Shown here in pieces: positions 30,317 to 39,979 of a DNA stretch of 64,000 nt. The stretch is from contig JAUSNP010000003.1 in the NCBI GenBank assembly GCA_030645735.1, positions 27,608-91,607 of the forward strand, written 5' to 3'. This stretch comes from Candidatus Moraniibacteriota bacterium. Lineage in GTDB: Bacteria > Patescibacteriota > Minisyncoccia > Moranbacterales > UBA2206. Each line of letters starts with the position of its first letter. Within the stretch, counting starts at the first letter, position 1. A program made the position numbers and the translations under genes. The notes under the pieces were generated by a model. The model ran no database searches. It was not told the origin of the DNA and saw nothing but the letters and a program-made list of their open reading frames with translations.

Positions 30317-30589
30317 ATGCCAATCAAAACATCCGCTAAGAAATACATGCGCGTGACTGAGCGAAAGACTGAGATTAACAAGAAAATCAAAGGTCTTTTC
30401 CGTAGCGCTATCAAGAAAGCCACTGAAGCCATCGCCAAAAACGATGCCAAGACAGCTGGAGAATGGGCCAAAAAAGCCTTCCAAGCCTTGGATAAAGCTG
30501 CCAAAAAAGAAGTGATCAGCAAAAACACCGCTGCTCGCAAGAAATCGAGATTGAACAAGAAAGTTAAGGCTATTACAATCAAGAAATAA
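30317..30589 (+). CDS. rpsT: 30S ribosomal protein S20
   Basis: MPIKTSAKK, ALDKAAKK.VI.KNTAARKKSRL. Confidence 0.96.
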   Translation: MPIKTSAKKYMRVTERKTEINKKIKGLFRSAIKKATEAIAKNDAKTAGEWAKKAFQALDKAAKKEVISKNTAARKKSRLNKKVKAITIKK

Positions 30590-30601
30590 TCCTCCTCAAT
30601 C

Positions 30602-30628
30602 AAAAAACACCCCCGAAGGGTGTTTTTT
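30602..30628 (+). terminator. Intrinsic terminator after rpsT
   Basis: aaaaaacacccc-cgaa-gggtgtttttt. Confidence 0.8.
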
Positions 30629-30634
30629 GATTGC

Positions 30635-30758
30635 AAGTCTAATTTCTAAAGTTTAAAGTCTAAAAGAAGTATTTAAGTCTAAAGTTTGAAGTATTTTTTA
30701 ACTTTATACTTTTAAACTTTAGTCTTGCTTTAGACTTTAGTATTTAGACCTTAGACTT
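30635..30758. repeat. Empty inverted AAGTCTA heptamer element
   Basis: aagtcta atttcta aagttta aagtcta aaag ... tagtctt gctt tagactt tagtatt tagacct tagactt. Confidence 0.85.
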
Positions 30759-30762
30759 TCCG

Positions 30763-31728
30763 TTAAAGTTCAACTACAAACTTATCTAGTGCCACCTTCA
30801 CCTCAATCTGCCCGGTTTTGATTTGCGTGTCGAGCTGGCTGAGTTTTTCATAGACGGCTTTCAATTTCGGCAAAGGGAAATTGCGCAATTGGCCGAGACT
30901 TTTTTTGACCACAAAGGGATGCAAACCAGCCGTTTTGGCTATCGCTGATTCATTGCCAAAAAACTGACCTTGCAAATCCGCCACCTTCAAAAGATTGCGG
31001 AATTGATAAACAAACATCGAGAAGATGTAGAAAGGATCCTCGCCTTTTTTCAAATGTTCCTGCAACAAACGCAAAGCCTCTTTTTTGTTGTTATTGGCCA
31101 ACGCGTCAATGGTATTGAAAATGTTGGTATCCAAATTGGCGCGCACTAGCAAATCTACATCTTCTGATTGAATGACTTTTCCGTGGGCAAAATCAACCAA
31201 CTTGCGCAATTCCTTGTCTAATGAATTGGTATCACTCCCGACAAACAAAATCAATTTTTCCAAAGCGCTTCTGGAGATGCCACTCTTATCATCAAGCTCT
31301 TTGATTCTTTGCACAATCCACTGAGTCAATTTGAGACCGCTCAATTTTTCGAAATTCTGAGACTTGGCAATTTTTTCCAACACTTTATACAGCTTGCCGT
31401 TTTTCTTGGGCTGGCCATCTTCCCAAAAAATCAACACTAGATCTAGATCAGTTTGAATATTTTTTTCATACTTTTTCAAATAATCTAGCAATTCGTCTTT
31501 TTCAATGTCTGTCCCCGCCTCAACCATATCCCGCACAATCACCAATCTTTTAGGCGCCAACAGATTGGGCGTGTTCAAAACATCTAACAATTTCTGTTTA
31601 TTGTTTTGCCCATAATCAAAAACTGACAAACCCGAGCCAATCGTGTCGGTTGCCAAAAACTTATTTTTGATTTCTAGAACTTTTTGACTAGATCGAAATG
31701 AGTCTTCGCCGTACAAAAAAAATAACAT
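30763..31728 (-). CDS. holA: DNA polymerase III delta subunit
   Basis: FLYGEDSF, RLVIVR, ELRKL, LHPFVVKK, IKTG; adjacent to rpsT. Confidence 0.92.
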   Translation of the reverse strand: MLFFLYGEDSFRSSQKVLEIKNKFLATDTIGSGLSVFDYGQNNKQKLLDVLNTPNLLAPKRLVIVRDMVEAGTDIEKDELLDYLKKYEKNIQTDLDLVLIFWEDGQPKKNGKLYKVLEKIAKSQNFEKLSGLKLTQWIVQRIKELDDKSGISRSALEKLILFVGSDTNSLDKELRKLVDFAHGKVIQSEDVDLLVRANLDTNIFNTIDALANNNKKEALRLLQEHLKKGEDPFYIFSMFVYQFRNLLKVADLQGQFFGNESAIAKTAGLHPFVVKKSLGQLRNFPLPKLKAVYEKLSQLDTQIKTGQIEVKVALDKFVVEL

Positions 31729-31832
31729 GCCTAAATTTTTAGTGATTATTCTCTAATGTCTAGTATATAGCATATCAGGCAAACAAAAAAGAAAGCCCTT
31801 TTTCAAGGGCTTTCTAATGAATTCTATTGAGA

Positions 31833-32990
31833 CTAAACTCCCGGTGTCCACTTCAAGGATTGTCCTGGTTCTAGAATTTCCACCCAGATCTGACCTGGCA
31901 CAAATTTCATTTCTTGACCAGCTTGGTCATAAAAGAATAGTTTGCTATCTAGTCTTGCTTTGTCTTTCTTCCAAGTTCCGATATATTCTTTACCGTTCAA
32001 ATAATAATGCGCTTCGCCTGAATCGGATGAATCATACCATGGGTCACCGATTTGAACATTGTTATAGCGACCAGAAATGCTTTCTACTCCAGTCTTTTTG
32101 ATTTCTTCTACATTCTTCCATGGGTCACTCATACCTTTTCCAACATAATCATAGTCCGCCATAATTTGCTCTGAAGCTGCGGTCAAAACCACAACATTTT
32201 TTGGCGCCACTCGTTGGTCATTGTTGCGATCAGTGTCAATGGCCTCACCCCAAGTTCGCAAATATGAGTTGGTAGCTTTGTCATAATCATATTCAGCATC
32301 ATACGGTTTTTTGAAAGCTACACGCAAATGACCGCCTGTTGGTCTCTGATCTTCTGGAGCCTCTCCTTGATGAGCATAGCCAGAAAATTTTCCTTCCGTG
32401 CGATATTTCTTATCAGCAATCATAGCCAAAATATTGTCCTTAGTGATGTGACCAGTGTCCTCCAAGCGCATTTTGCCAGAAACATCCCAGCGGGCGCAAT
32501 AGTTGCCAGTCATACAATCATAATTGTCGATTACCTTTTCTTTCAAAAGATCTAGTGCAAAATGTGATCCGCCCCAGTGAATGAAGACTGCGTCCAATCC
32601 TTTGGCCAAAGCGATGTAGTCATGTCGTGAACTGCGAATTGCGCCAACCTCCTTCGGGATGTCACAAACATACACGCCCATAAGCCTAGTCACTGAGCCT
32701 GTGAAAGCGGGCATTTCAATCACCATATCCGCTTGAGAAAATCCAGCAGCTGGTCGCGCTTGCACATCCGACGGTTGCATCACGGCCACTGGTCGCTTGT
32801 TCCAATTTTCACAAGCAATGCCAGAAATTGGACTGACTGGTCCTTCGTTGGCAATTGGATATTCCTGTGGTTGACCTCCATTGTTAATTTCGATTTTTTT
32901 GACATCTTTTGATGAGGAGAAAAAATACCATCCTCCTGCCACCACTACGATTGCCACTATAGCAATAATCGCTTTCTGCTTCGTACTCAT
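31833..32990 (-). CDS. DUF3048 domain protein (YerB-like)
   Basis: N-terminal TM; RPVAVM, ARPAAG..QADMVIE, TRLM, IRSSR, GQIWVE. Confidence 0.85.
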   Translation of the reverse strand: MSTKQKAIIAIVAIVVVAGGWYFFSSSKDVKKIEINNGGQPQEYPIANEGPVSPISGIACENWNKRPVAVMQPSDVQARPAAGFSQADMVIEMPAFTGSVTRLMGVYVCDIPKEVGAIRSSRHDYIALAKGLDAVFIHWGGSHFALDLLKEKVIDNYDCMTGNYCARWDVSGKMRLEDTGHITKDNILAMIADKKYRTEGKFSGYAHQGEAPEDQRPTGGHLRVAFKKPYDAEYDYDKATNSYLRTWGEAIDTDRNNDQRVAPKNVVVLTAASEQIMADYDYVGKGMSDPWKNVEEIKKTGVESISGRYNNVQIGDPWYDSSDSGEAHYYLNGKEYIGTWKKDKARLDSKLFFYDQAGQEMKFVPGQIWVEILEPGQSLKWTPGV

Positions 32991-33053
32991 TTATTTTTTA
33001 GACAGGAAAATGAAATTTAGTGTTTCATGTTTCATGTTTTATGTTATATGAAT

Positions 33054-34001
33054 TTATTTTTGACATTTAGGACAAAAGAAAACACTTCTCTGTCCAATTG
33101 TTTCACGCACGATTATTGTATCACATTTTTGACATTTTTCACCAGCCTTGCGATAAACTTTCAAAACTTTCTGAAATCCACCAGGGGCGCCTGAGGTGTC
33201 GCGATAATCTGAATCAGAAGTTCCGCGCAATTTGATGGCATGGCGCAAAATCTTGCCGATCCAGCCAAAAAGCTTTTTTCTTTCAATTGTTGAGATGTTT
33301 CCTGCCAGCCTAGTTGGTAAAATTCCGGCGACAAACAAAATCTCACTCCGATAGATATTGCCAATGCCAGCAATCAAATTTTGATCCATCAATATGATGC
33401 CTATTGGACTCTTGGCTTTTCTATCCAAAATCTCATTGAATTTTTTGAAAGTGAAATCCGGACTCACCGCGTCAATTCCCAAAGCTTTGATTTCTGGCAA
33501 CTCCAAAACCTTGTCTGTGTCCACCAAAACAATTTTGGCAAATTTACGCACATCTGAAAACTCTATTACTTTATTGAATTTAATATTTTTTTTATCTTTG
33601 GTGTTTTGAGTTTCAGTTTTTGATATTGTTTCGGATTTCGATTTTCGGATTTCGGATTTTAAATAAAATTTATGTCGAATATACTGATTCACCCTATCTT
33701 CAAAATAATCCTTTCCATCCACTTTCGACTTTCGACTTTGGACTTTGGACTTGATTAAAAGGTGTCCCGTCATCTTCAGATGCAAATATAGCGTTTTCTC
33801 GCCCGACAAATCCACAAAAATATTTTTACCGATTCGGCGCACGCCCAAAATTTTTCGTCCCACAATTTCTTTTTTGAAAACAGCCAAGGTTTTTCCTTTG
33901 ATGGCTTTGGGCCACTCACTCCAAAAATCGGTGATTGTGTCACCCTTGATTTTTTCATTCAAATCATTCACCACCGTCTGGACCTCTGGCAATTCTGGCA
34001 T
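33054..34001 (-). CDS. mutM: Formamidopyrimidine-DNA glycosylase
   Basis: MPELPEV, HLKMTG, DVRKFA, GIGNIYRSE, CQKC...FCPKCQ. Confidence 0.96.
   Translation of the reverse strand: MPELPEVQTVVNDLNEKIKGDTITDFWSEWPKAIKGKTLAVFKKEIVGRKILGVRRIGKNIFVDLSGEKTLYLHLKMTGHLLIKSKVQSRKSKVDGKDYFEDRVNQYIRHKFYLKSEIRKSKSETISKTETQNTKDKKNIKFNKVIEFSDVRKFAKIVLVDTDKVLELPEIKALGIDAVSPDFTFKKFNEILDRKAKSPIGIILMDQNLIAGIGNIYRSEILFVAGILPTRLAGNISTIERKKLFGWIGKILRHAIKLRGTSDSDYRDTSGAPGGFQKVLKVYRKAGEKCQKCDTIIVRETIGQRSVFFCPKCQK
33600..33752. repeat. Two in-frame heptamer arrays in mutM (33600-33659, 33718-33752)
   Basis: Minus strand aaatccg aaatccg aaaatcg aaatccg aaac aatatca aaaactg aaactca; and aagtcca aagtcca aagtcga aagtcga aagtgga. 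Confidence 0.85.
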
Positions 34002-34120
34002 AAAAATTTATTACTTTTTATTAAGCTATTTTAGCATTATTCACGCATTACATCAATTTGACCATTATAAAAGGGCTCGTGCAGAATCACACAAGCCCTT
34101 TGTTTTGAAGTATTCAGCAT

Positions 34121-34435
34121 TTATGCAGCTAGGTCATAATCGTACGGCGTACATTTACAACTTACGCCGACTAGCATCAGAAAATTTTCACTAGTAATCT
34201 CCTTGACTACATACACTCGACTCTTGCCCCTTACGACAACATTGCAGCCTTTGACAATCCCTTTTCTGGTAATGTTTTCCAAACGACCTGCTATTGCCTT
34301 CGTTCTTGCATTTGCAAACTCGCAGTCCGTTGTTGCCTTGTTTGAAAGAGATGCATCGATCGCTGGTAATGCATGATTTCTTCCTTGATAAACCTTGTAA
34401 CTCTTCCAATTCATATCTCCTTCTAACTGCGACAT
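34121..34435 (-). CDS. Hypothetical protein (orphan cassette between polA and mutM)
   Basis: SD agaagga, own TTGACA box at about 34542-34547, downstream hairpin. Confidence 0.5.
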   Translation of the reverse strand: MSQLEGDMNWKSYKVYQGRNHALPAIDASLSNKATTDCEFANARTKAIAGRLENITRKGIVKGCNVVVRGKSRVYVVKEITSENFLMLVGVSCKCTPYDYDLAA

Positions 34436-34604
34436 AGAAAAAATCCTTCTAAATAAAATTATTCTTCCCGTCGAATTTTCGACGACCCATTGCCCAAAAG
34501 AACTAAACACTATCAGAAAATTTACAGCAAAAATCATTTTGTGTCAATCAAAAAAGTCGGGAAACCCGACTAATTTTTAATTTTGAGATTTCAATTTTAA
34601 ACTT

Positions 34605-37343
34605 TTATATTTCTCCCCAATTATCCCCAATCTGCACATCCACTACCAATGGAACCTTGAGTTTGATGACTTGTTCCATGGCGGTTTTTATTTTTTGCGC
34701 AAAAGTTTCCGCGATTTCTTCTTTGACTTCAAACAAAAGTTCATCATGCACTTGCAAGATTGTGCGGGCCTGGCCGGCAAATTCAGCCACGACTTTTTCA
34801 GCTTCAATCATAGCCAATTTCATGATGTCAGCCGCCATGCCTTGGATTGGCATATTGATGGCCATACGTTCAGCACCAGATTGCACTTGGAAATTGGCCG
34901 AGTTTATTTCTGGAATGTAACGACGGCGACCCAGTTGTGTTTCCACGAATAAATTTTTCTTGGCTTCCTGCTTGGTGTCGTGCATATATTTGGCCACGCC
35001 CGAGAACTTTTCCATATATTCATTGATGAAATTCTTGGCTTCTTCACGATCAATGCCGGCCGAAGCCGCAAAGCCAAACACGCCCATACCATAGATGATG
35101 CCGAAGTTCAACGCCTTGGCCTTGCTGCGCATTTTTTCTGTGACTTGCGACATGGAAACCTTGTTGATGATGGAAGCAGTCGCGCGATGAATGTCTTCGC
35201 CTTTGGTGAAAGCTTCGATCATGTTTTTGTCGCCCGACACATGCGCCACCACTCGCAAATCAATTTGTGAATAATCAGCACTGACCAATTTGAAACCTTT
35301 CTCTGCCTCAAAAGCCGTGCGCAAAAGTTGCCCCACATCAGTTTTGATCGGAATGTTTTGCAAATTTGGATCAGAAGATGACAGTCGTCCAGTGGCTGCC
35401 ACCGCTTGATTGAACGAGGTGTGAATGCGTGAATTATCATCCACCAACTTCGGCAATGAATCTAGATAGGTTGTCTTCAATTTGAAAATTTCACGATATT
35501 CTTCAATCTTTTCAATGATCTTGTGTTCTCCGCGCAATTTTGTGAGCTCAGCTGAAGCAGTAGAAAAACCAGTTTTCAATTTCTTCACATTGTCTGTCGG
35601 AATCTGCAAAGTTTCAAACAAAACATCCGCCACTTGTTTGGGCGAACTGATATTGAAATCTTTGCCCGCCAGCTGGTGAATGCTTTTTTCCAGAATGGCG
35701 ATGCGTTTTTCAATGGTTTCCGAAATGCCAACAAAAATAGTCTTGTTTAAATGGATGCCATGCATTTCAATCTCAGCCAAAATCTTGACCAAGGGCATTT
35801 CAATTTTTTGCAAAACAGTTTCCAGATTATGCTTCTCACCCTGTTGCATGGAAATATCTTGAATTTTTTTCTGATGAATGCTTTCCACTTTGAAAACATA
35901 GTCTGCGCGCTGACAAATCTGTTGTGCCACTTCAGTCGCCGATTCAATTTCCAAGCCCAGTTGGCCTTTTTTGTTAGCTGCTGACAATTCTTCACCCAAT
36001 TCTTCCAAAACGATGTTTTCCAATTCAACTTTGCCACCGGGATTCAAAACATAGGCCGACAACATCACGTCCCAATAAATATTTTTGAGTTCAATTCCAT
36101 ATTTTCGCAAAACTTCAAACGCATGTTTCAAATCATAACCAATTTTTCTGATTTTTTCATTTTCAAAAATGGTTTTCAACCTGGCAAAACTCTCAACTGA
36201 ATATTCCACATAACCGGCGCGTCCGGTCTTGTGACAAATCGCCACGCCCTGGATGGTGCTGGCAAAATATTTTTCCCCGCCTCGCGTCGACGAGTGGTCG
36301 TCTCCACGAGTCGAGGCGGGTCCAACTGTCTTTAGTGTAATCGCAATTTCTTCTTGCTCACTTAATAATTTCACGAAATCATCCATTTTTTCTGGGGTTA
36401 TCAATTCAAATTTGAAATCTTTCACGCCAGCCGCATCAGTACTACTCGCTTTCATATCTCCACTTCCTTGTCCTGGCAATCGCTTAATCAATGAAAAGAA
36501 ATTCAATTCTTGAAAAAGTCTGACAATCGTCGGCCGATCAAACTCGCGCGTCACCGCTTTTTCCAAATCCAATTGCACCGGCGCGTCCAACACAATGGTT
36601 GCCAACCACTTGCTTTTGAAAGCCAAGACTTTGTTTTTTTCCAATTTGTCTTTCACTGCGCCTTTGATTTCCGCAATGTTTTCATAAACCTTTTCCACCG
36701 TGTCATATTTTTGCAAAAGAGTGGTAGCGGTTTTTTCACCGATGCCTTTGACGCCTGGAATATTGTCCGAAGCATCCCCACGCAAACTCTTGTAATCAAT
36801 CATTTGATCCGGTCGCAAACCGAACCTTTCAAAAACTTCTGGTGCGCCATAGAGCACAGTGTCAGTAATGCCACGACGCAACGCAAAAACTTTGGTAGTG
36901 TCATTCACTAATTGCAAAGTGTCCAAATCGCCAGTCACGATGATATTTTCAATGCCTGCATTCAATTTTTTTGATTGTGTCACGATGGTTCCAATCACAT
37001 CATCCGCCTCAAAACCTTCTTTTTCATAAATCGGAATGTTGAAAGCGCGCACCAATTCCTTGACGCGATCAATCTGCGCATACAACTCATCCGGCGCCTT
37101 GGTGCGAGTGGCTTTGTATTCCGCATATTCCTCATGACGAAAAGTCGGCGCCTTCAAATCGAAAGTGGCGATGATATAGTCCGGCTGAAATCTTTCAATC
37201 ACGCTGAGCAGTGTCGAAGCAAAACCATAAACCGCATTCACCAACTCGCCTGACTTGGTCGACAACGGTGGCAAAGCATGAAACGAACGATGAATAATCG
37301 CATTGCCGTCGATAACTACTAGTTTTTTAGTCTTTTTTTCCAT
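34605..37343 (-). CDS. polA: DNA polymerase I
   Basis: 5'-3' exonuclease (IDGNAIIHRSFHA, GDASDNIPGV) and polymerase motifs TGRLSS, ADYSQIDLR, KALNFGIIYG, QVHDEL. Confidence 0.98.
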   Translation of the reverse strand: MEKKTKKLVVIDGNAIIHRSFHALPPLSTKSGELVNAVYGFASTLLSVIERFQPDYIIATFDLKAPTFRHEEYAEYKATRTKAPDELYAQIDRVKELVRAFNIPIYEKEGFEADDVIGTIVTQSKKLNAGIENIIVTGDLDTLQLVNDTTKVFALRRGITDTVLYGAPEVFERFGLRPDQMIDYKSLRGDASDNIPGVKGIGEKTATTLLQKYDTVEKVYENIAEIKGAVKDKLEKNKVLAFKSKWLATIVLDAPVQLDLEKAVTREFDRPTIVRLFQELNFFSLIKRLPGQGSGDMKASSTDAAGVKDFKFELITPEKMDDFVKLLSEQEEIAITLKTVGPASTRGDDHSSTRGGEKYFASTIQGVAICHKTGRAGYVEYSVESFARLKTIFENEKIRKIGYDLKHAFEVLRKYGIELKNIYWDVMLSAYVLNPGGKVELENIVLEELGEELSAANKKGQLGLEIESATEVAQQICQRADYVFKVESIHQKKIQDISMQQGEKHNLETVLQKIEMPLVKILAEIEMHGIHLNKTIFVGISETIEKRIAILEKSIHQLAGKDFNISSPKQVADVLFETLQIPTDNVKKLKTGFSTASAELTKLRGEHKIIEKIEEYREIFKLKTTYLDSLPKLVDDNSRIHTSFNQAVAATGRLSSSDPNLQNIPIKTDVGQLLRTAFEAEKGFKLVSADYSQIDLRVVAHVSGDKNMIEAFTKGEDIHRATASIINKVSMSQVTEKMRSKAKALNFGIIYGMGVFGFAASAGIDREEAKNFINEYMEKFSGVAKYMHDTKQEAKKNLFVETQLGRRRYIPEINSANFQVQSGAERMAINMPIQGMAADIMKLAMIEAEKVVAEFAGQARTILQVHDELLFEVKEEIAETFAQKIKTAMEQVIKLKVPLVVDVQIGDNWGEI
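36276..36320. repeat. 45-bp palindromic element in frame in polA (copy 2)
   Basis: cccgcctcgcgtcgacgagtggtcgtctccacgagtcgaggcggg encoding PASTRGDDHSSTRGG. Confidence 0.92.
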
Positions 37344-37389
37344 ATATTAAGTATATACATTCAAAACACTTATTACAAACAATTTCAAA

Positions 37390-38172
37390 TTAACTTTCTT
37401 TAGCATTTTCCCACAGCTTATCCACGATGCTTTCCATCATCTCAACTAAATATTTATCTTCAATCACAATGGCCAAGGGAGCCAATGGTTGCCAGAAGAT
37501 AACTTTGTTGCCAAAAAGTTGAAAAGACGTCTGAAATGGGAAGAAGCCCTTGAGCAATCTTGTCTCTCGCAATTCCTTCTCATCTGTTTCTTTTAGAGTT
37601 TCGGCATCCTTACTTGGCAAAAGCAAGGCATTGATGAAAAGTTTCTTTTCTAAACGTTCTTTTATCCATTTCTTTTCATCCGCCCAAGAAATAAACCCAA
37701 TAAAATCCTGTACCGATCCACAAAACCAGATTTTTCCATTGGCCTCTTCCAGAATGTTAAAAAATATTTTTCTAAAATCATCATTGCCATGAAATATTTT
37801 TATTTTCGTTGGCATTTCACCTTGTTGATAATTAGCCAACAGACTTGGCATAGCTGACACCAATGCATTTTCTTTTTGAGAATATTCTTGTTTTTTCTCT
37901 CTAAATTTTTCCAAAACTAGAGATGGTGGCTCAACAAAAAAGTTTCTGGAATATTTCTTCTTATCAGAAAATTTTGCCAGGCCTTTTTCTTCCAACCTTT
38001 TAATAATCTTATATACATTTGGTCTAGCAATATTCAAATGCTTGGCAATTCCAGATATCGAAGAAGCGCCCATCTTTAGGGAAATTATGTATGTTTCTAT
38101 TTCCAAATCAGACAAACCAAGCTCCTTTAGAGGATTGTATAGAACATTATAAATGTTATTGTTTTCTTCCAT
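37390..38172 (-). CDS. TrmB-family HTH transcriptional regulator (2)
   Basis: LKELGLSDLEIETY...RPNVYKIIKRLEEKGL, KIFHG, RETRLL. Confidence 0.88.
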   Translation of the reverse strand: MEENNNIYNVLYNPLKELGLSDLEIETYIISLKMGASSISGIAKHLNIARPNVYKIIKRLEEKGLAKFSDKKKYSRNFFVEPPSLVLEKFREKKQEYSQKENALVSAMPSLLANYQQGEMPTKIKIFHGNDDFRKIFFNILEEANGKIWFCGSVQDFIGFISWADEKKWIKERLEKKLFINALLLPSKDAETLKETDEKELRETRLLKGFFPFQTSFQLFGNKVIFWQPLAPLAIVIEDKYLVEMMESIVDKLWENAKES

Positions 38173-38387
38173 GGCTTAAAATCAAGTAAAAATCACTATT
38201 TTTATGTTGTAAGTGTATACTCATGATATACATATCAAAGAAATATGTCAATATTCCTTGACTTTTACCAATTTATAGTGTATACTACATAGTCAAGCTA
38301 AGAACAGGAAACGAACCCAAAGCTTGAAGAACCTTAAAAACTCAATAGTCCAATATCGGATAAAACCAATTTTCCAAGGAGAAAACA

Positions 38388-38693
38388 ATGAGAAACAGTA
38401 TCTGCAAAAAGAGTGGGGTTATTACGAGGATAAAAATAACCTTCACTAAGAAGGGTAGCACTTCCGTATCAGAGGCATTCTTTGATACACGAGAAGTGAC
38501 AACGGCGACTAGAGCAGAATCTCCACAATACAGTGATTTGACTAGTTGTGGCTCGTCAATGCCCTTTGTTACAAAAATAAAGGGTACACAAGAGGTCAAG
38601 GCACTGATAAAACAGCGCTACGGGACAGAAATTGAAGTTCAAAAAATACAGACCGAATGTTGGTATTCACCAACATATTCATACGGTCCGTAG
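38388..38693 (+). CDS. Hypothetical protein, divergent from TrmB-2
   Basis: SD aaggag, TTGACT/TATACT promoter, terminator cccgaacaat...attgttcggg at about 38767-38797. Confidence 0.55.
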   Translation: MRNSICKKSGVITRIKITFTKKGSTSVSEAFFDTREVTTATRAESPQYSDLTSCGSSMPFVTKIKGTQEVKALIKQRYGTEIEVQKIQTECWYSPTYSYGP

Positions 38694-39053
38694 TGTAGTA
38701 ATGCCTTATCCAAACTCCGATTACCACAGGCTTCGAGGCAACCTGACAGCAAGCCTCTCAATCACCCCGAACAATTATCACATTGTTCGGGGCTTTTTAT
38801 TGTTGAAAAATTTAAAAGCCGCTGGGAAGTTATTCCACAGCGGCTTTGTCATACTAAATAAACAGAATTGCCATAATTTATGGCGACGGGGTCAAGTTTT
38901 GAAGATTTGAAGTCTGACCCTCGAGAATTGGCATGGTTGGGATTTGAATTAGCTAAAACAAATCATTCCACCAATTCAAAGTTAGATTGTCACTACTCGT
39001 GCATCACGCAATGCACATCACAACAGAATTACTAAACAGCGAGTATTGGATGC

Positions 39054-39491
39054 CTAGCACTCCTCATCCTTGTCATCAATTTCCATATCCCATGATTCAA
39101 GCTCGGGATATTCATCCTGATCTAAACCAGGGAATCCATCATCATCAACATCCTCTTCCGAAAAATTGGAATCGTCGTCGTCAGCACCGTCAACAGCGGC
39201 GGCATCTGCAGCATCTTCACGTCGTTGTTCCTCTGCTGCATCATCAATCTTATCTAAGCACTTGTCGCAGTGAAAAAACGGCTGGGATAAAAGCTCCTTT
39301 TTAGCTTCTTCCTGCATTTCTTCATTAGAAACGTTGTATGGATTGTTCTCACTATCCTTAGCGAAGACACCCAATACAAGAACATCTACCGTTTCAGGAC
39401 ACAAGCAACACCTAATTTCCTTGCCTCCCTCTCTGGTTTCACGCTCAATAAAAGCCGTGAAATTACCCATTGGAAAGATATCCATGTGCAT
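39054..39491 (-). CDS. Hypothetical protein with CxxC pairs and a highly acidic tail
   Basis: SD aaggag; CCLCP...HCDKC; D/E-rich C-terminal 60 aa. Confidence 0.65.
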   Translation of the reverse strand: MHMDIFPMGNFTAFIERETREGGKEIRCCLCPETVDVLVLGVFAKDSENNPYNVSNEEMQEEAKKELLSQPFFHCDKCLDKIDDAAEEQRREDAADAAAVDGADDDDSNFSEEDVDDDGFPGLDQDEYPELESWDMEIDDKDEEC

Positions 39492-39793
39492 GACATACTC
39501 CTTTGTAACTTTACTACGTTATTGCTCAAATGAGCCTAACAAGATCCTACAACTTTAAAAATATCCTCCTTAATTTATTTGTTAAACAACAATTCCTCCA
39601 GTGAACACTATTGTCCACCACAAGCTAGTTTATTTGAAAAGCGTGTCTTTGTCAACGTAAAACTAGCCTGCTGGAAATTCCAGCATACTGAAATTTTACA
39701 ACACACATATCATTATCACGAATTATAACTTCGAGTTTTTGAACTATAAAGAAACTCTTAATAGTTCGAATGGATTTATTTTTTAAATTGCGC

Positions 39794-39963
39794 TGGCTTA
39801 GCTAAGCCAATTCCGGAAATTCCGGAATTGGCTCTAATAGTGAATCGCTTATCTTACGAAATATACAAAAAACCCGCCTTTCAGAGGGTAAAAAATTTTC
39901 ATCAGTTTATATTATTTTTTATTTTTAATCCATTTGAGTTATCCGGAATTTCCGGATAACTCA
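39794..39963. repeat. Cluster of perfect palindromes
   Basis: tggcttagctaagcca (39794-39809); agccaattccggaa-a-ttccggaattggct (39805-39833); tgagttatccggaa-t-ttccggataactca (39935-39963). Confidence 0.9.
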
Positions 39964-39979
39964 GGCAACACTCAAATAA

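Noticed and set aside
38878-38950. tggcgacgggg and tggcatggttgggatttgaa resemble antisense tRNA 3' ends
   Set aside because: No cloverleaf or matching tRNA in the window; too short to support
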